DNA of 63,769 nucleotides, counting the filler. It is 14 parts of 14 records of this genome, joined end to end, with 100 filler letters (N's around TTAATTAATTAA, not from the genome) between each part and the next. Parts side by side here need not be neighbours in the genome. Positions count along the whole stretch, not along the records: positions 25,768 to 27,911 come from SRR9670534_500; positions 28,012 to 34,054 come from SRR9670534_505; positions 34,155 to 36,480 come from SRR9670534_506; positions 36,581 to 38,835 come from SRR9670534_508; positions 38,936 to 41,379 come from SRR9670534_509; 9 more parts are not named here. One strand, given 5' to 3'. The first letter of the stretch is position 1, and each line of letters opens with the position of its first letter. A program made the position numbers and the translations under genes. This document shows, in pieces, positions 26,972 to 39,159 of this stretch. The notes under the pieces were generated by a model that was given only the letters and a program-made list of their open reading frames with translations, was not told the origin of the DNA and did not search any database.

Positions 26972-27911
26972 TGTCAGGGAGATAATATATTGTTGTAATA
27001 CATTTGTTAGATACTATTATTAATAATTTGGGAGAAATGATAAGCATAACCGAATGAAGTAAATGTTTTAGTAGTCAGATAATAAATAAGAAGCCAAGGC
27101 CAGCCACTTAATATCATAATATATATTATTAATATATTAAGTTACTTACATATCCACTAAGGTAGAAATAGTTCTCATAAAAATCGCAACTATGCTTTGA
27201 ATCTCCCTGAATGGGTTGAATTACATCGGTTGAACCCACTGTGGTTATTCGTTTTACATCTAAATTTGTTTACAATAGCACTATTGGTAAAGATATGTAC
27301 TGCAGAAACACTGTTACTCTTGTTACTGATATTATTATATTGTAGTTTTATTTTTAATATTAATTATTATTTATTATTAATATTATTATTATAATAATGC
27401 ATAATAGTGACAACTCCATGAAAAATTTCACATATGCGCACACAAATAAATACAATCGGTTTACTAACATAAAGTAAATTTATTAAATATTTTATAAAAT
27501 CTAAATATAAATATTTTTATTTAATAAATTTTGCACAATACTATCATGTTTATGTCACGACATCTATTTTGACAATTACTTAGTATATATCTTATTATTA
27601 AAACTCTATGAATTGCTTACTGCAGATAAATCCATTGAATGATTCATGTGGAGGTGGATGGTTTCTTGATTTTCCTAAAGACATGGCCAGTATTGGTATT
27701 CTTGGTGGGTTAACAATGCCAAAGTTAACATCAAAATATCTGTTCCCGTAGAAGCTGATGTCATCTTTACAATGTTCGTATGGTTCCAAAATCTGAAAAT
27801 AATTTCAATAACTCGTAGAATGAGTCATTTTTATTATGAATTAATTTTTCTATACATACGATGTATTATAAATATTAGTTCTATAAATATATGTACGCAA
27901 CGAGTAACTAA

Positions 27912-28011
27912 NNNNNNNNNNNNNNNNNNNNNNNNNNNNNNNNNNNNNNNNNNNNTTAATTAATTAANNNNNNNNNNNNNNNNNNNNNNNNNNNNNNNNN
28001 NNNNNNNNNNN
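27912..28011. other. Artificial contig linker
   Basis: N44-TTAATTAATTAA-N44. Confidence 0.98.
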
Positions 28012-28099
28012 TATAGAAAATAAAAATTACCTTTGAAAAAATTATTGCAAAGAAAAAGAAAATATTAATTATAAATCAATAAATGTAGTAAAACTTATG

Positions 28100-29940
28100 G
28101 TAAAACTTGGTATTATGTTAAAAATTCAGCACTTTCTGATATAGGTAGACTTCCAAGTATGAATGAAATTAGTATAAGATGCTCCAAACTTTGCTTTCTT
28201 TTAATCACTTAATCCCAACTCATACTTATGCTTTCTATTAGGATTCTTTTCAAAGGTAAATAAATTATATAATTGAGGATGCTTTTTTCAACATATTATA
28301 CTATATGTGAGAATTAATGCATGATAGTTGAAAAAAGTAAGTATGTTGAAAAGTTTGAGAATATACAGTCTCTCAATTTCTAGCATTCACAGATTTTTTA
28401 CAAAGTAGTTTTGGAGTCTTTCTAGTTTAGATATGTCAAATTTGGTCAGATTCATAAGAAGTGGGCTTCCAACACTAAATAATGGTAAGATAAACTTTTA
28501 TAATAAGATATTACTGTGTAAGGGTCTTTTGATATGTAAGAGGTTAGGATCAGAATAATTCCAGGTCAAACTTTTCTTAGGATATGTTTGGTATGTGTAT
28601 GAAAGTTTAATTATTGGTCTATAATAATCCCTAGATCTCCTTTTTGTTTTAATTCTTCTAAAATTGTATTATAAAGATACAATAGGTTACTAATTAGCAT
28701 GTTTTCTTTTTAAAGAAGGTAATATGTTTACATTTGTTTATCAAAATTTTAAAAGCCAATCTTTGGCCCATTAATCAATTCTATTAATATCATCCTATAT
28801 CTTATGGACTTTTGATTCTGGAGTGGCCAGTTTCATGTTATCAGCATATTTTCAAAGATCTGTGTCCTTATCTTTTTTACCAACAGAGTTAATTATTAAT
28901 TAATAAGAAGAGAAGTGGTTCTAAAATACTATTCTGAGGCATACCACTTAGAACATCCACATATGAAGATATTAAGTCCTTTACCCTTACTGTCTGTTTT
29001 TTGTTTGTAAGGAATGCTATCAGGAAATCCTTAAGGCTTCCTATTATATCCACTCATGAAAGCAGAGTGGCAATAGCATTATAACTCACACTGTTGAAAG
29101 CTTTTTAAAAGTCTATATAGACAGTATAGATTGGTTCCCCCTTATTATAGTTCTTTAATATATAATGGATGTATTCTATCATTTGGATTATATAATCTTT
29201 GCCTTTGAGAAAACCATGTTGTGATTGATTTATGAAGTCTGTGGAAATTCAAAACATTTCCATTCATTTCCTTATCATTGCCTCTACTAGCTTACTTTCC
29301 ACTGAAGTTAGACTTACTGGTCAATAGTTATTTGGTGAATTTCTCACTCCTTTTTATATATTGGTGTAATTACAGATTTTCTTCATTCATTTGGATAGAT
29401 ACCATTATTAATAGCCAAGTTATAAAATTAGAGAAGTTTTTGCCTAAACTTAGTGCCTAACTGCTTATATAGGTTTATTGGTATTTTATCTAAAACAAGG
29501 GCTATGAAATTATCAGCCTGTTTTATTACTTCATTTAGATCATGCAAGTTTAGGTCCATCCAGTTCAGATGGACTGATTGAGACTTGGTGTCTGGAAGGA
29601 CATCCTGTTTTGTTTTGGTGAATACTGGTTGAAAGAAATTGTTGAATTTCTCAGCTTTCTTCTGGTTATCCATTAGAAGAGCTCCAGATTCAGATTTAAT
29701 TGAGGATATCATAAATAGTTCTTTTCTCTTTTTATTGATTCTAGTCTAAAACAGCCTGAAGCTACTTTTCAGAAAGGGAACATTATTATGTTCTTGAATT
29801 CTCATGTCTACTCTAATCTGCCTCCTTATATTGATGTATTTATTCTCCAAGATTACCTCATTTTGTGGAGATGAAAAGTAGTTAGCCAAACTTAAGGCTC
29901 TGTTTCTGAGATTTTTAGGTGTTTTAGCACCTCATTATCA
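28100..29940 (-). mobile_element. Decayed CR1-like non-LTR retrotransposon reverse transcriptase remnant (ends approximate)
   Basis: Manual translation: KAEKFNNFFQPVFT, QHGFLKGK, YIDF*KAFNSV, SGMPQNSILEPLLF and KYADNMKL are degenerate RT motifs (QHGF, DFxKAFD, GVPQGSVLGP, YADD). Confidence 0.85.
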
Positions 29941-31592
29941 TGCTTCTGGAACTTCTAAGAAGTGAATTACCTCCTGAGAAAAATATTATCTTCCCTTTTT
30001 TGTCTTTTATATTTTTCTCTCTAATTTTCATTTTTTTATATTTTTCTCTGATTTTTTTAATTTTTTTATCTTTATCATTTTTTTTATGTTTTACCTGTTT
30101 TTCTTTTTATTTCTTTTTTTGATTTTATTTTAAGTATTTTTTAAATTTTATAATAAAACAATATAAATTAAACAAAAATTAGAAAAATAGCCAAAGTAAA
30201 AGTTCAACTAAAAGTAGAAAAATAATCAAAGCAGAGATTAAACAACAAAATAAAGGCTTAGCTTTTAAGGCTTAAACTATGCTTTAGCTTTACAAATAAT
30301 TACTTTAATATAGTATTAAACAATACTACCAAAAAGGTAGTGAAGTTATAGCAAAAAAAACCATAATAAATACAGAGTTAATATAGGATGTTTTTTTATA
30401 ACGTATATGTTTTTATTTTTATTTTTCTTATTCTTTTTTTTTATTTTCTTAGTTAGTTTATCTTTTTGTAGTTTAATTTTAAGTATGTTTTTTAACTAAG
30501 TATGTGTAACTTATATGTAAATATAGCTACTTTGCATTTAAATATGATACTTTAGTTATAATATTTTAATTTAATTGATAATTTTTAGATATTTTGTAAG
30601 TTAAAACCTTTAAGTAAGATTTATTAGATAAACTTACGACATACTTTACTTATAGCTTTTATAATTATATTAATTTATAACTTTTGTAATTTATAACTTT
30701 TATAATATAAAGCTTTTATAATTTAATTATAATTTACTATACTAAATTCAAAATATAGTAAGATAATAAATTTAGGTAATGAACATATCCAACCTTCTTC
30801 TATTTAATAAGTTTTATAATTAATTTTATATAATAAATTTTGTATATTTAATCTTTAATAAATTAATATATTACATTTATTATTAAATGATACAAAATTA
30901 ATACATTATATTTATTACTTTTTATGTCTTTATAGTCTTCCATGGCATGGAATCCATGTAGGAGGTCAGGGGTTCAGTTCCAGTCTGAAAATTTTTTATC
31001 TTTTCTTCTAGAGTCTTTCCACATGACATCTGTTCCTACCAATTCCTTTTGCTTATTAACAAGTCCTTGCCTACTATAATTTATAGTCTATAAAGTATAA
31101 GAGAACTTTTGGAAAGGATGGATATGAAAAGTTAATAAGAATGGCGACATCTTTTTCGGTATTTATTGCATAAGATACAGTTTCTTTATTACACCATAAC
31201 AATAGCATATTTTACATTAAACGCATGTAAGCTTTTATTAGTTAGAGATCACCACAGGTGGCGCCATTGCAATTTTGTTCCATAGTTTTATTATAAACAA
31301 AAAATCGCTCAATAACAACTAAGTTTTATGATAATTAATAATAATGTATCAGATACTTTGAGGTCTATATTGCATAACAAAAGTCTATATTTACACTAAC
31401 AATATATTTTATCAAAACAAAAACAAGACTTAATAACATGTAAAACAGACTGACCAAATAAATGAGAGAAAGCAGCATCATGATGATTGACATCTATTTA
31501 CATTTTTAGATTCTTCAGTTCTATAATAATAATTAGTTTGAGCCAAAAAAAGATATCTTTGACATAATTATTATCCTTTTTTATTAATATGA

Positions 31593-33713
31593 TTATTGCA
31601 TTTTGTTAGGTTCTTTTACTACTGACAATATTTGTCTAAAGTCAAACAAGAGTGCTACTACTATTATTGTTATCATTGCTTTCTGTTGATTTGAGATTGT
31701 GATGGAGCAATTTTCCTCCAATTTCATTGTTGATACTTTCAAAAAGTGAACCACCAGTGTCAATATGAAAACTATTATCTGCACTTCCATCACTAAAATT
31801 ATATTAAAATTACTAAAATGAAAAATTTAAAAAAGTTTTAAAAAATTTCATTTGAAGTTTAGGTTGAAGAAAGTTTTAAAAAGTTTTAAAATTTCATAAA
31901 AACTTAAACATGTATTACATTTAAAACGTTTAATTTCTCTAAAATTTAAATTTTGAGAAGATTCAAGTTCAAAGTTTAAATTGTAAAAAGTTTTAAAAAT
32001 TCCATGAAAATTTCACGTTTAAAAAGTTTAAATTTAAGTTTAAATATAAGTTGAAAGAAGCTTAAACTTTAAAAAGTTTTAAAATTTCATTGTATAGCAT
32101 TTAAAAAAGTTTTTAGGTAGCAAAACGTTTAAAAAATTTAAAGTTTAAGAAGTTTTAAAATGTTCAAAAAGTTTAAATTTTAAAAATTTTAAAAATTTCA
32201 TCAAAATTTAAAGTTTAAAATTAAAAAAGGCTACATTTTAAAAAGTTTTAAAATTTCATTAAAATTAAAAGTTATTTAAAAATATTATTAAATTTTAAAT
32301 ATTACCTTCCACTAGAGTCCTTATTGCTGATATTATTGTTGAATTTGGAGGAATATTTAACAAAATCTGAGGAAAGAAATGGTTTCTGTGAAGTTTCTGA
32401 ATAAATAGGCACAGCTGGAGCACCATGATTTACATGAATAACAACAGAGCTTTTATAGGATGAAGAGGGTTGCTTTGGGATGTACTGAGGAGAAACTTTG
32501 TGTTCAACTGGAATTGCAATTGGTTCTTTGGGGTCAGAACTTGAATTTACAACTGAAATAGGAATATCGATGATATTCATAGCATGCTTTTCAGTAGATG
32601 CTACAATGTTAGTACTTTTTGTTAGTAAACAACAACAACAACAAAATATTAATAAATTATTAATTATTATATTTAATAATATTTTATAATTAATAAATTT
32701 TTGAAATGAAAATATTTGAAACAAACATGCAATTTTTGCAAATTATTAATATAATAACTAATAATTCATATATTATTAATATTTCATAATTAATATACTT
32801 TGTGGCAATTTCCTTTGATTAGCAACTTTTAAATCCACCAAAGGAGCAGTTCTGGATGAAACAGACAATCTTTGAAAACTTTTGATAATTTCATGTCTAT
32901 TTTGTTCTTGCATAGGAGAGTACTTTTCATCCGATTTTATTTCATGGTACAGATGATCTGGTGTAGATGGTGTTAGCGTTCTACCCTGTTGAAGATCTGG
33001 GTTGGAATAATCATCAGAAACATCGGACATGTAGGGTTCATTGGTTGCTATGGGAACGTTATGTATAACAGTTGCAGTTTGTTGGTGCCTGTCATAGGTG
33101 GTCTTCTTGCGTCGATGTTGGATTGAAGACGAAGAATCTGAGTTTTGAGGGGAACCTAATATTGGATTTGAATCGTTGAAATCAGTTAAACTGGGTTCTT
33201 CAGAAGGGGGTTCCTCGTTCTTCTCCTTTGGGGGGTATCTTGGACGGCTAAATAAAAATATATTTATTTCATCATTTGCAAAGCGTAATAATTCTGCACG
33301 TGCGCGTGCATTTGTAGCACATGCATTTCTAGTAGAGCAGTCTTTCCTCTTTCAAATGCGGTATGACATGTATATATTCATGATATCATAAAAAACCGAT
33401 TACGCAATAATAATAAATGTGCATAACAAATTCCCAAAATCATCTTAAAGAAGAAATGCATGTAAGACTACATGGAAAAAAGATGTCGCTGCAAATAAAT
33501 CCATAGACATAATAAAGGGGTAACGCATTGCGTGTGTAACACGGTGTTGAAGCAACAAAAGACAGGCTGCGGCTGGGCACTACACGCGCGTGAGAAACTC
33601 TCATTGAAATGCATGGAGAGGGTAGAGTTCGTGAAAATCGCGATAACTTTATAACGCAACCATATCTTTTCTTCAAACCTTATTATTAGAACGTTCATAA
33701 AGCTTCGGTACAT
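31593..33713 (-). CDS. Probable multi-exon gene for a Ser/Pro-rich, likely disordered protein; unidentified
   Basis: GC-richer open blocks at about 32797-33248, 32325-32612 and 31593-31793 with splice-site-like edges; no recognisable domain. Confidence 0.45.
31810..32290. repeat. Degenerate AT-rich minisatellite (AAAAGTTTTAAAAATTTCA-like), intronic
   Basis: Many imperfect copies of aaagtttt(a)aaaattt. Confidence 0.65.
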
Positions 33714-34054
33714 CGTACTGCTTAACCATTTTGTGGCATTTTGTCGCTGTCAAGGATTATGTGTCATAGCAAATGACACATGAAAATCTTTGCTATGTCA
33801 TAATGATCATAATGATCAATACCTATATACAAAACCTAAAGGGTTCGCTGCAAGAAAATCCCTATAGCTTATCATGAGAACAATATTTTCTGATGAATTA
33901 TTTCTTAAATGTTGGGAAAAGTCAGAATCTGAGAACTCATTTATAGAAATGGCGGAAACAAATGCATACATGAACAAAATCTTATCCGAAAATATTCTTC
34001 TGATGAAAAGTTATAGTGATTTTCCTGCAGGCTGCAACGAACTCTTTACCCTAG

Positions 34055-34154
34055 NNNNNNNNNNNNNNNNNNNNNNNNNNNNNNNNNNNNNNNNNNNNTT
34101 AATTAATTAANNNNNNNNNNNNNNNNNNNNNNNNNNNNNNNNNNNNNNNNNNNN
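34055..34154. other. Artificial contig linker
   Basis: N44-TTAATTAATTAA-N44. Confidence 0.98.
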
Positions 34155-34254
34155 GGATATCTCTTCTGCATATTTATAATGACAAAATTTTGTTATACAA
34201 TGTTCAACAATAAGTTATTGCAGCAACAATTATAATAATAGTTATTAGTAATTA

Positions 34255-35666
34255 TCAGAATAAAAGATTATAGGCACAGAAAAATAATATAGTTATGGTA
34301 AGAAAAAAAGGAAACATTTGTTGAAAAGATATTATCTTTCTATCTGTCATGCTATTACTACTATTAATAATTTTAGAAGTGATAGATGTAACCCCAAACT
34401 TAACATTACTTGTGTTTTGCAAAATTACTGTAGTTGTTGTGGTTGCAATCATGTTTGAAGTAGTTATTGCTATAGTATTAGTGATGCTAGTTGCAGACTT
34501 ATTTTCAACAGAACTACTTGTTGTGGTTGTTGTTATTGTTGTTGTTGTTGGTATTATAGGAAAAGAACATGTTTTGTCCCCCTCTAGGCCAGAATAGTAT
34601 GAATTATATGATAAAACCACTGTTGCTCTAAATAAATAACAATTTATTATTATTAAAAAAGACAACAATTAATAATTTAAATTAAATTATTTAATGTGTT
34701 ATACTATACTAGAAGTAAAACATATCAGTTACATGTTTTATTTCTAGTACAGTATAATATACATACATATGATATTAATATAATACAGTATAGAATACAT
34801 AAATATGATATTAGTATAATACAGTATAATATACCTGCATACATATGCACAAGTTACTCAATATTTTATCATATTGATCATTATGGTATCATTTTATTAA
34901 TATCAATGTTATTAATCAACAACTTAATAATATGAAATTATTATTAAAATTATCATTATTACTAGATTTCACTAACAGTTAAATTGATTAACTTATTAGA
35001 AATTTATTAAATTAATAATAATTTGAAATATTAAATAAGAAATTTTGTTTAATTGGAGTAGAAAGAAATATAAGTTATTATGCAAAACTTCTTACACAAA
35101 CTTTACTTCAAATATCTCATCAGTATTAGGTGGATACCAAAAAAGCTCAGTGTCATTATATTTAATATCATTGGTATAATGTGTTGCAGAATCTTTAAAT
35201 ACAGTGCATGTCATTGGTCTTGTTTTTGTGGTAAAATCATCAAAAATTCCTATTCTACTATTATCAGCAATATTTCTTCCTTGAACTATAAAGCCTTTAT
35301 ATGAAGAAGCACCAGAAGAAATTCTTACTAAAGAATTTTATTATAAGTTTAATAAGTTTAAGTTTTGTCAGTATTTTTATTAACAAATTATAAAAAATAT
35401 TAACAAAACTTAAACTATAAATTAATAATAATTAATTTTGTCTAACCTATAATAGGATTTTGAAAGCAATCTACATATAATCTAAATTCTGATAGTTTAA
35501 TATTTTCTGCTAATGATCCATGACCAGGAATTAAACTTTCACAGGCTTCCATTGGGGCACCAGTTGAATAAGCACATGTTAGATGATTACAAATAACAAT
35601 AAAAACTAATACCAAGAGGAAATGTCTTATAATACTACTAGTATGTGCAGTATATGTCAATATCAT
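34255..35666 (-). CDS. Reeler-domain protein with Thr-rich stalk and C-terminal hydrophobic tail (defense-protein-like); 3 exons
   Basis: Signal peptide then YSTGAPMEACESLIPGHG; middle exon YKGFIVQGR...IGIF...MTC...SATH...LFWYPP; last exon ATVVLSYNSYY, poly-Thr and hydrophobic end. Confidence 0.82.
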
Positions 35667-36480
35667 TTTATGATAGAAAAAATATATCATCAGCAAACTG
35701 TTTTGTCTATGCAAGTTAAACACTTATTATGGTAACAGGTATGTTCTACAAATGTTTACTTTCATTGTTATTATTATTGTTATTATTAATAATCAATAAA
35801 TAGCATAGATATGCATATTATCTAATGCAAATATGCAAACACTAATTCACTTTATTGTTATAAAACTATATAATGTGCTCATTTTATTGTTATAGAACTA
35901 CAGAACTATAGCATGCTTATTGTGCAGTATACAATGTACAATGAACACATAGGTAATACCACAATGAACATATAAGTAATATAATATAATAGATAGGTAC
36001 AAATATTCATAGCATAAATATTACATTATTATTATTAATAACTTTGAGTTTTATTATAACTATGATAGTCATAGCTGTTTAGCTTATAACATAAATAACA
36101 TTATTATGTAATATAATTTATACAACTGTACTTTAATAGTAAGTTACCAAATTACAGCATAGCAACTAATCATAACTGTAGTAAACAATCATAAATTTCT
36201 ATAAAATATAGACTTTTGTTAATTATTTATGTAGAATATAACAATACCAATAGTATTATACTATTACTATTATACTACTATGCTATTAGTAAATTTGATA
36301 ATATTTATTAAATATATTATTATAATATATAGCTGGCACTAAATTAATTTTTTATAGCCCTAAAAGTATATTACATTCAATAGTAACTATAAAAGTAGTT
36401 TAGTTTTATTAGATTAAATATATAATATATGTATATAGATGGGCAATTTTATGCATTGCATACACACAAGTTACTTAATA

Positions 36481-36580
36481 NNNNNNNNNNNNNNNNNNNN
36501 NNNNNNNNNNNNNNNNNNNNNNNNTTAATTAATTAANNNNNNNNNNNNNNNNNNNNNNNNNNNNNNNNNNNNNNNNNNNN
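36481..36580. other. Artificial contig linker
   Basis: N44-TTAATTAATTAA-N44. Confidence 0.98.
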
Positions 36581-36980
36581 AGTTCACTCTAACAGGTATT
36601 CTGGGAACCAGGTTACCAGGTGGTAATAGCAGGTAAATTTTATAGTCATGTCTCATTATGGCTATCGTCAACCATCTTTATTAAAAGTAAAATTTTAGTA
36701 TTTTATATGATAAATTAAAAATTTAGATTTAGGCTTACCTAACTGCTTCAGTGTTCTTAAAATCAATGGTAAACTTTCTTTTGATTGAACTGTACGTAAC
36801 ATACTCTCTAAGTTCACTACATGATTTGATAAGTTTAAGCAAATCAAAGTTTTGCTCCCTAACATTCTTTTCATAAGGGCAATATCTTTCCTTCGTTTTT
36901 GGGTTAATTTCGTGCTTCCAACGTGTCAAGGAACTACTTCTACTACTGCTCGTACTAGAACTTCTGCTTCTGTTAGACAT
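36581..36980 (-). CDS. METTL16: METTL16-like RNA m6A methyltransferase, N-terminal fragment
   Basis: Spliced FTIDFKNTEAVR|WLTIAIMRHDYKIYLLLPPGNLVPRIPVRVN matches the METTL16/RlmF pattern (F.DPEAVRALT...L.P.VP.RLNY). Confidence 0.8.
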
Positions 36981-37405
36981 CGTTCATTCTAAATACAAAT
37001 TCCCAATTCTGAAAATATCAATTAAAATATTAATTAAAAGAATTACACATTTCAATAGCTCTTTCAGCATGATTAATAATCAAATGTGTTTAATAATGAG
37101 GTGTCAGCATCGAAGGAGAAATTCTCCTCACAACAACACTGACATCTTTTTCAGCTTTGGGCAAGTGGTAATTGCTTTTTATTGAATTTTTGCATTCCAA
37201 ATCATAGTCATAAGAAAATGAAAATAAAATTAAAAATTAACTACCGATAATACTAACAACTATCGTTAATCAGTAACAACCTAGCATAACAGCAATGTCT
37301 GAGTATATATATTGCTTATCATGTTAATAATAACAAGTATCAAACTAAAATTATTTTAGTAAAATAGTGCGAAAATCTTCAACCACGATTTTCAATTTTA
37401 AAAAT

Positions 37406-37720
37406 TCATTTTTCACTATCGGAAGAAACGAACAAAGCATCGTGGCTTTTATGTACAGGTTTTGTCTCCAACTTAGGTGATGCACCATCAGTTTTGTGTA
37501 ACTCATTGGTCTTCGTTTTTACAGAGGACAATGAAGGATTGGAAGCAAAAAATGACTTCAAAAATCCACCCATTTTCCATGAGGAAGAAAGTTGTGGAGG
37601 GCTGTGATGTTGCTGGTGATCTCCAGAACCAGAAACTCTTCGCTTTCTCTCATGAGTGTCTATTTCATGGATGTGATTAATATAAGCTTCTATCCCAACA
37701 GGATTTGGAATCGATGACAT
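37406..37720 (-). CDS. Small (104 aa) uncharacterised protein
   Basis: Open, GC-richer frame with a TTTTGTAG acceptor 29 nt upstream of the ATG; no recognised homology. Confidence 0.45.
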   Translation of the reverse strand: MSSIPNPVGIEAYINHIHEIDTHERKRRVSGSGDHQQHHSPPQLSSSWKMGGFLKSFFASNPSLSSVKTKTNELHKTDGASPKLETKPVHKSHDALFVSSDSEK

Positions 37721-38030
37721 TTGACTTGATTCTTTATTTACATAAGTATCTACAAAAGTTGTGTTGCACAAAAAATGGTTGATTAATAGTAATTACCAAG
37801 TCCTTGAAATCCAAATATTAAATGTAACTGCAAACAAATAACAACCAAAGCTTAAATAATAAATTAATAATAAACCATAATTAACTCAATTAGCATACAT
37901 GTAATACATTGATGACAAGGACACAAAAGTCTATTGAAACTATTAATTCAATAAAATTGTAAGTTTTGGAAAGTTTTGGAAATTTCTAAGTAGGAAAATT
38001 TCGCAAACCTTTCATAACTACAATAAATTG

Positions 38031-38522
38031 CTACATATTAGGAGAAACAGGAGTAGGAGCTGAAAGAATTTTTTGCTTCTCCTTATATCTAGCTGCCAAT
38101 TCTTTTAATGCATTTGATGAAGCATTAATATGTGCTTCTTCTATTGTCGATCCTTTACCATCCACAATGAATTGTCTACATTTGGGTATTTCGATTGTAA
38201 GTAGTACCAGACATTCTTGCCCTAAAAGCAAAAGTTGGCAAAAATCTCCACAAAAGTTAATTTAAATTTCACAAACCTTTTTTATCAGCTTTAGGCATAT
38301 GGGTAAACGATCTATGGCAATTAAAGCAATCCAAAAGTTTGAAAAGTTTCTTCTCAGCATTTAAAGCCCTAATATCTTGATTAAGTTTCATAGAAAACCC
38401 CTTTTCCCAAATTTCCTTTGCAATTAAATATAAATTTTGAGCCGTTTTATCATGTGCAAAATTGGCTCCATTTCCATCAGCTGGAGAAGGACTAAGCACA
38501 CCTGGAACAGTTGACTTTTGTT
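38031..38522 (-). CDS. STAU: Staufen-like dsRNA-binding protein, C-terminus (SSM and degenerate dsRBD5); last two exons
   Basis: LIAKEIWEKGFS resembles the Staufen-swapping motif; SFTHMPK...CLVLLTI...GKGSTIEEAHINASSNALKELA resembles dsRBD5. Confidence 0.7.
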
Positions 38523-38835
38523 CTAAAAACGAACAATAATAAAAACACAATCGTAATAAAATTCTTACTATAGTAATGATATTTATAGAGATACTAGGTC
38601 ATAAATAGAATACTTTAATAAACAAGTGATGAGCTGCTATTTAGATAACGAGATAACCAGTGGTTCTTGTTATTATATTATGACCCAATTTTATGGACAG
38701 AGGACGATTATTACACACTATGAAACTCATTTCAACGTTGACAATGTTCAAAACTTGAATAAATTCATAAGCAATGATTACATACTTATGCAATAGGTTT
38801 ATGTTTTGAAGGGCTGGAGCGTCTGAAATGCTGCA

Positions 38836-38935
38836 NNNNNNNNNNNNNNNNNNNNNNNNNNNNNNNNNNNNNNNNNNNNTTAATTAATTAANNNNNNNNN
38901 NNNNNNNNNNNNNNNNNNNNNNNNNNNNNNNNNNN
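38836..38935. other. Artificial contig linker
   Basis: N44-TTAATTAATTAA-N44. Confidence 0.98.
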
Positions 38936-38952
38936 TTATTAATAAATTAAAT

Positions 38953-39159
38953 TTATATTCCCTTACGCTTATCATGCTGATCAAACAACTGTTTCGAGTC
39001 AGGTAAGTCGGCCTCTTCTTTATTAACTAGCATTGCCATGATATCAATACCATCGACTTCTCGTTGATTTGAACCTTTCAATGAAACATTAAGTGGCACT
39101 ATGGACAACGAACCATGGTCCGTCCAACTTCTAGCTGTTTTTCCGCTTTTTGATGACAT
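38953..39159 (-). CDS. Probable first coding exon of an unidentified gene, truncated by contig end
   Basis: ATG-initiated, GC-richer open frame at the contig edge; product not recognised. Confidence 0.4.
   Translation of the reverse strand: MSSKSGKTARSWTDHGSLSIVPLNVSLKGSNQREVDGIDIMAMLVNKEEADLPDSKQLFDQHDKRKGI

Noticed and set aside
27598-27789. Isolated minus-strand exon-like ORF
   Set aside because: Plausible exon at a contig edge, but too little sequence to assign or link to the neighbouring gene.
29940-30900. Hydrophobic ORF and very AT-rich tract
   Set aside because: Low-complexity T-rich DNA produces spurious Phe/Leu/Ile ORFs.
30941-30990. tRNA/SINE-like fragment GGAGGTCAGGGGTTCAGTTCC
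   Set aside because: Only a degenerate B-box; no A-box, cloverleaf or second copy in the window.
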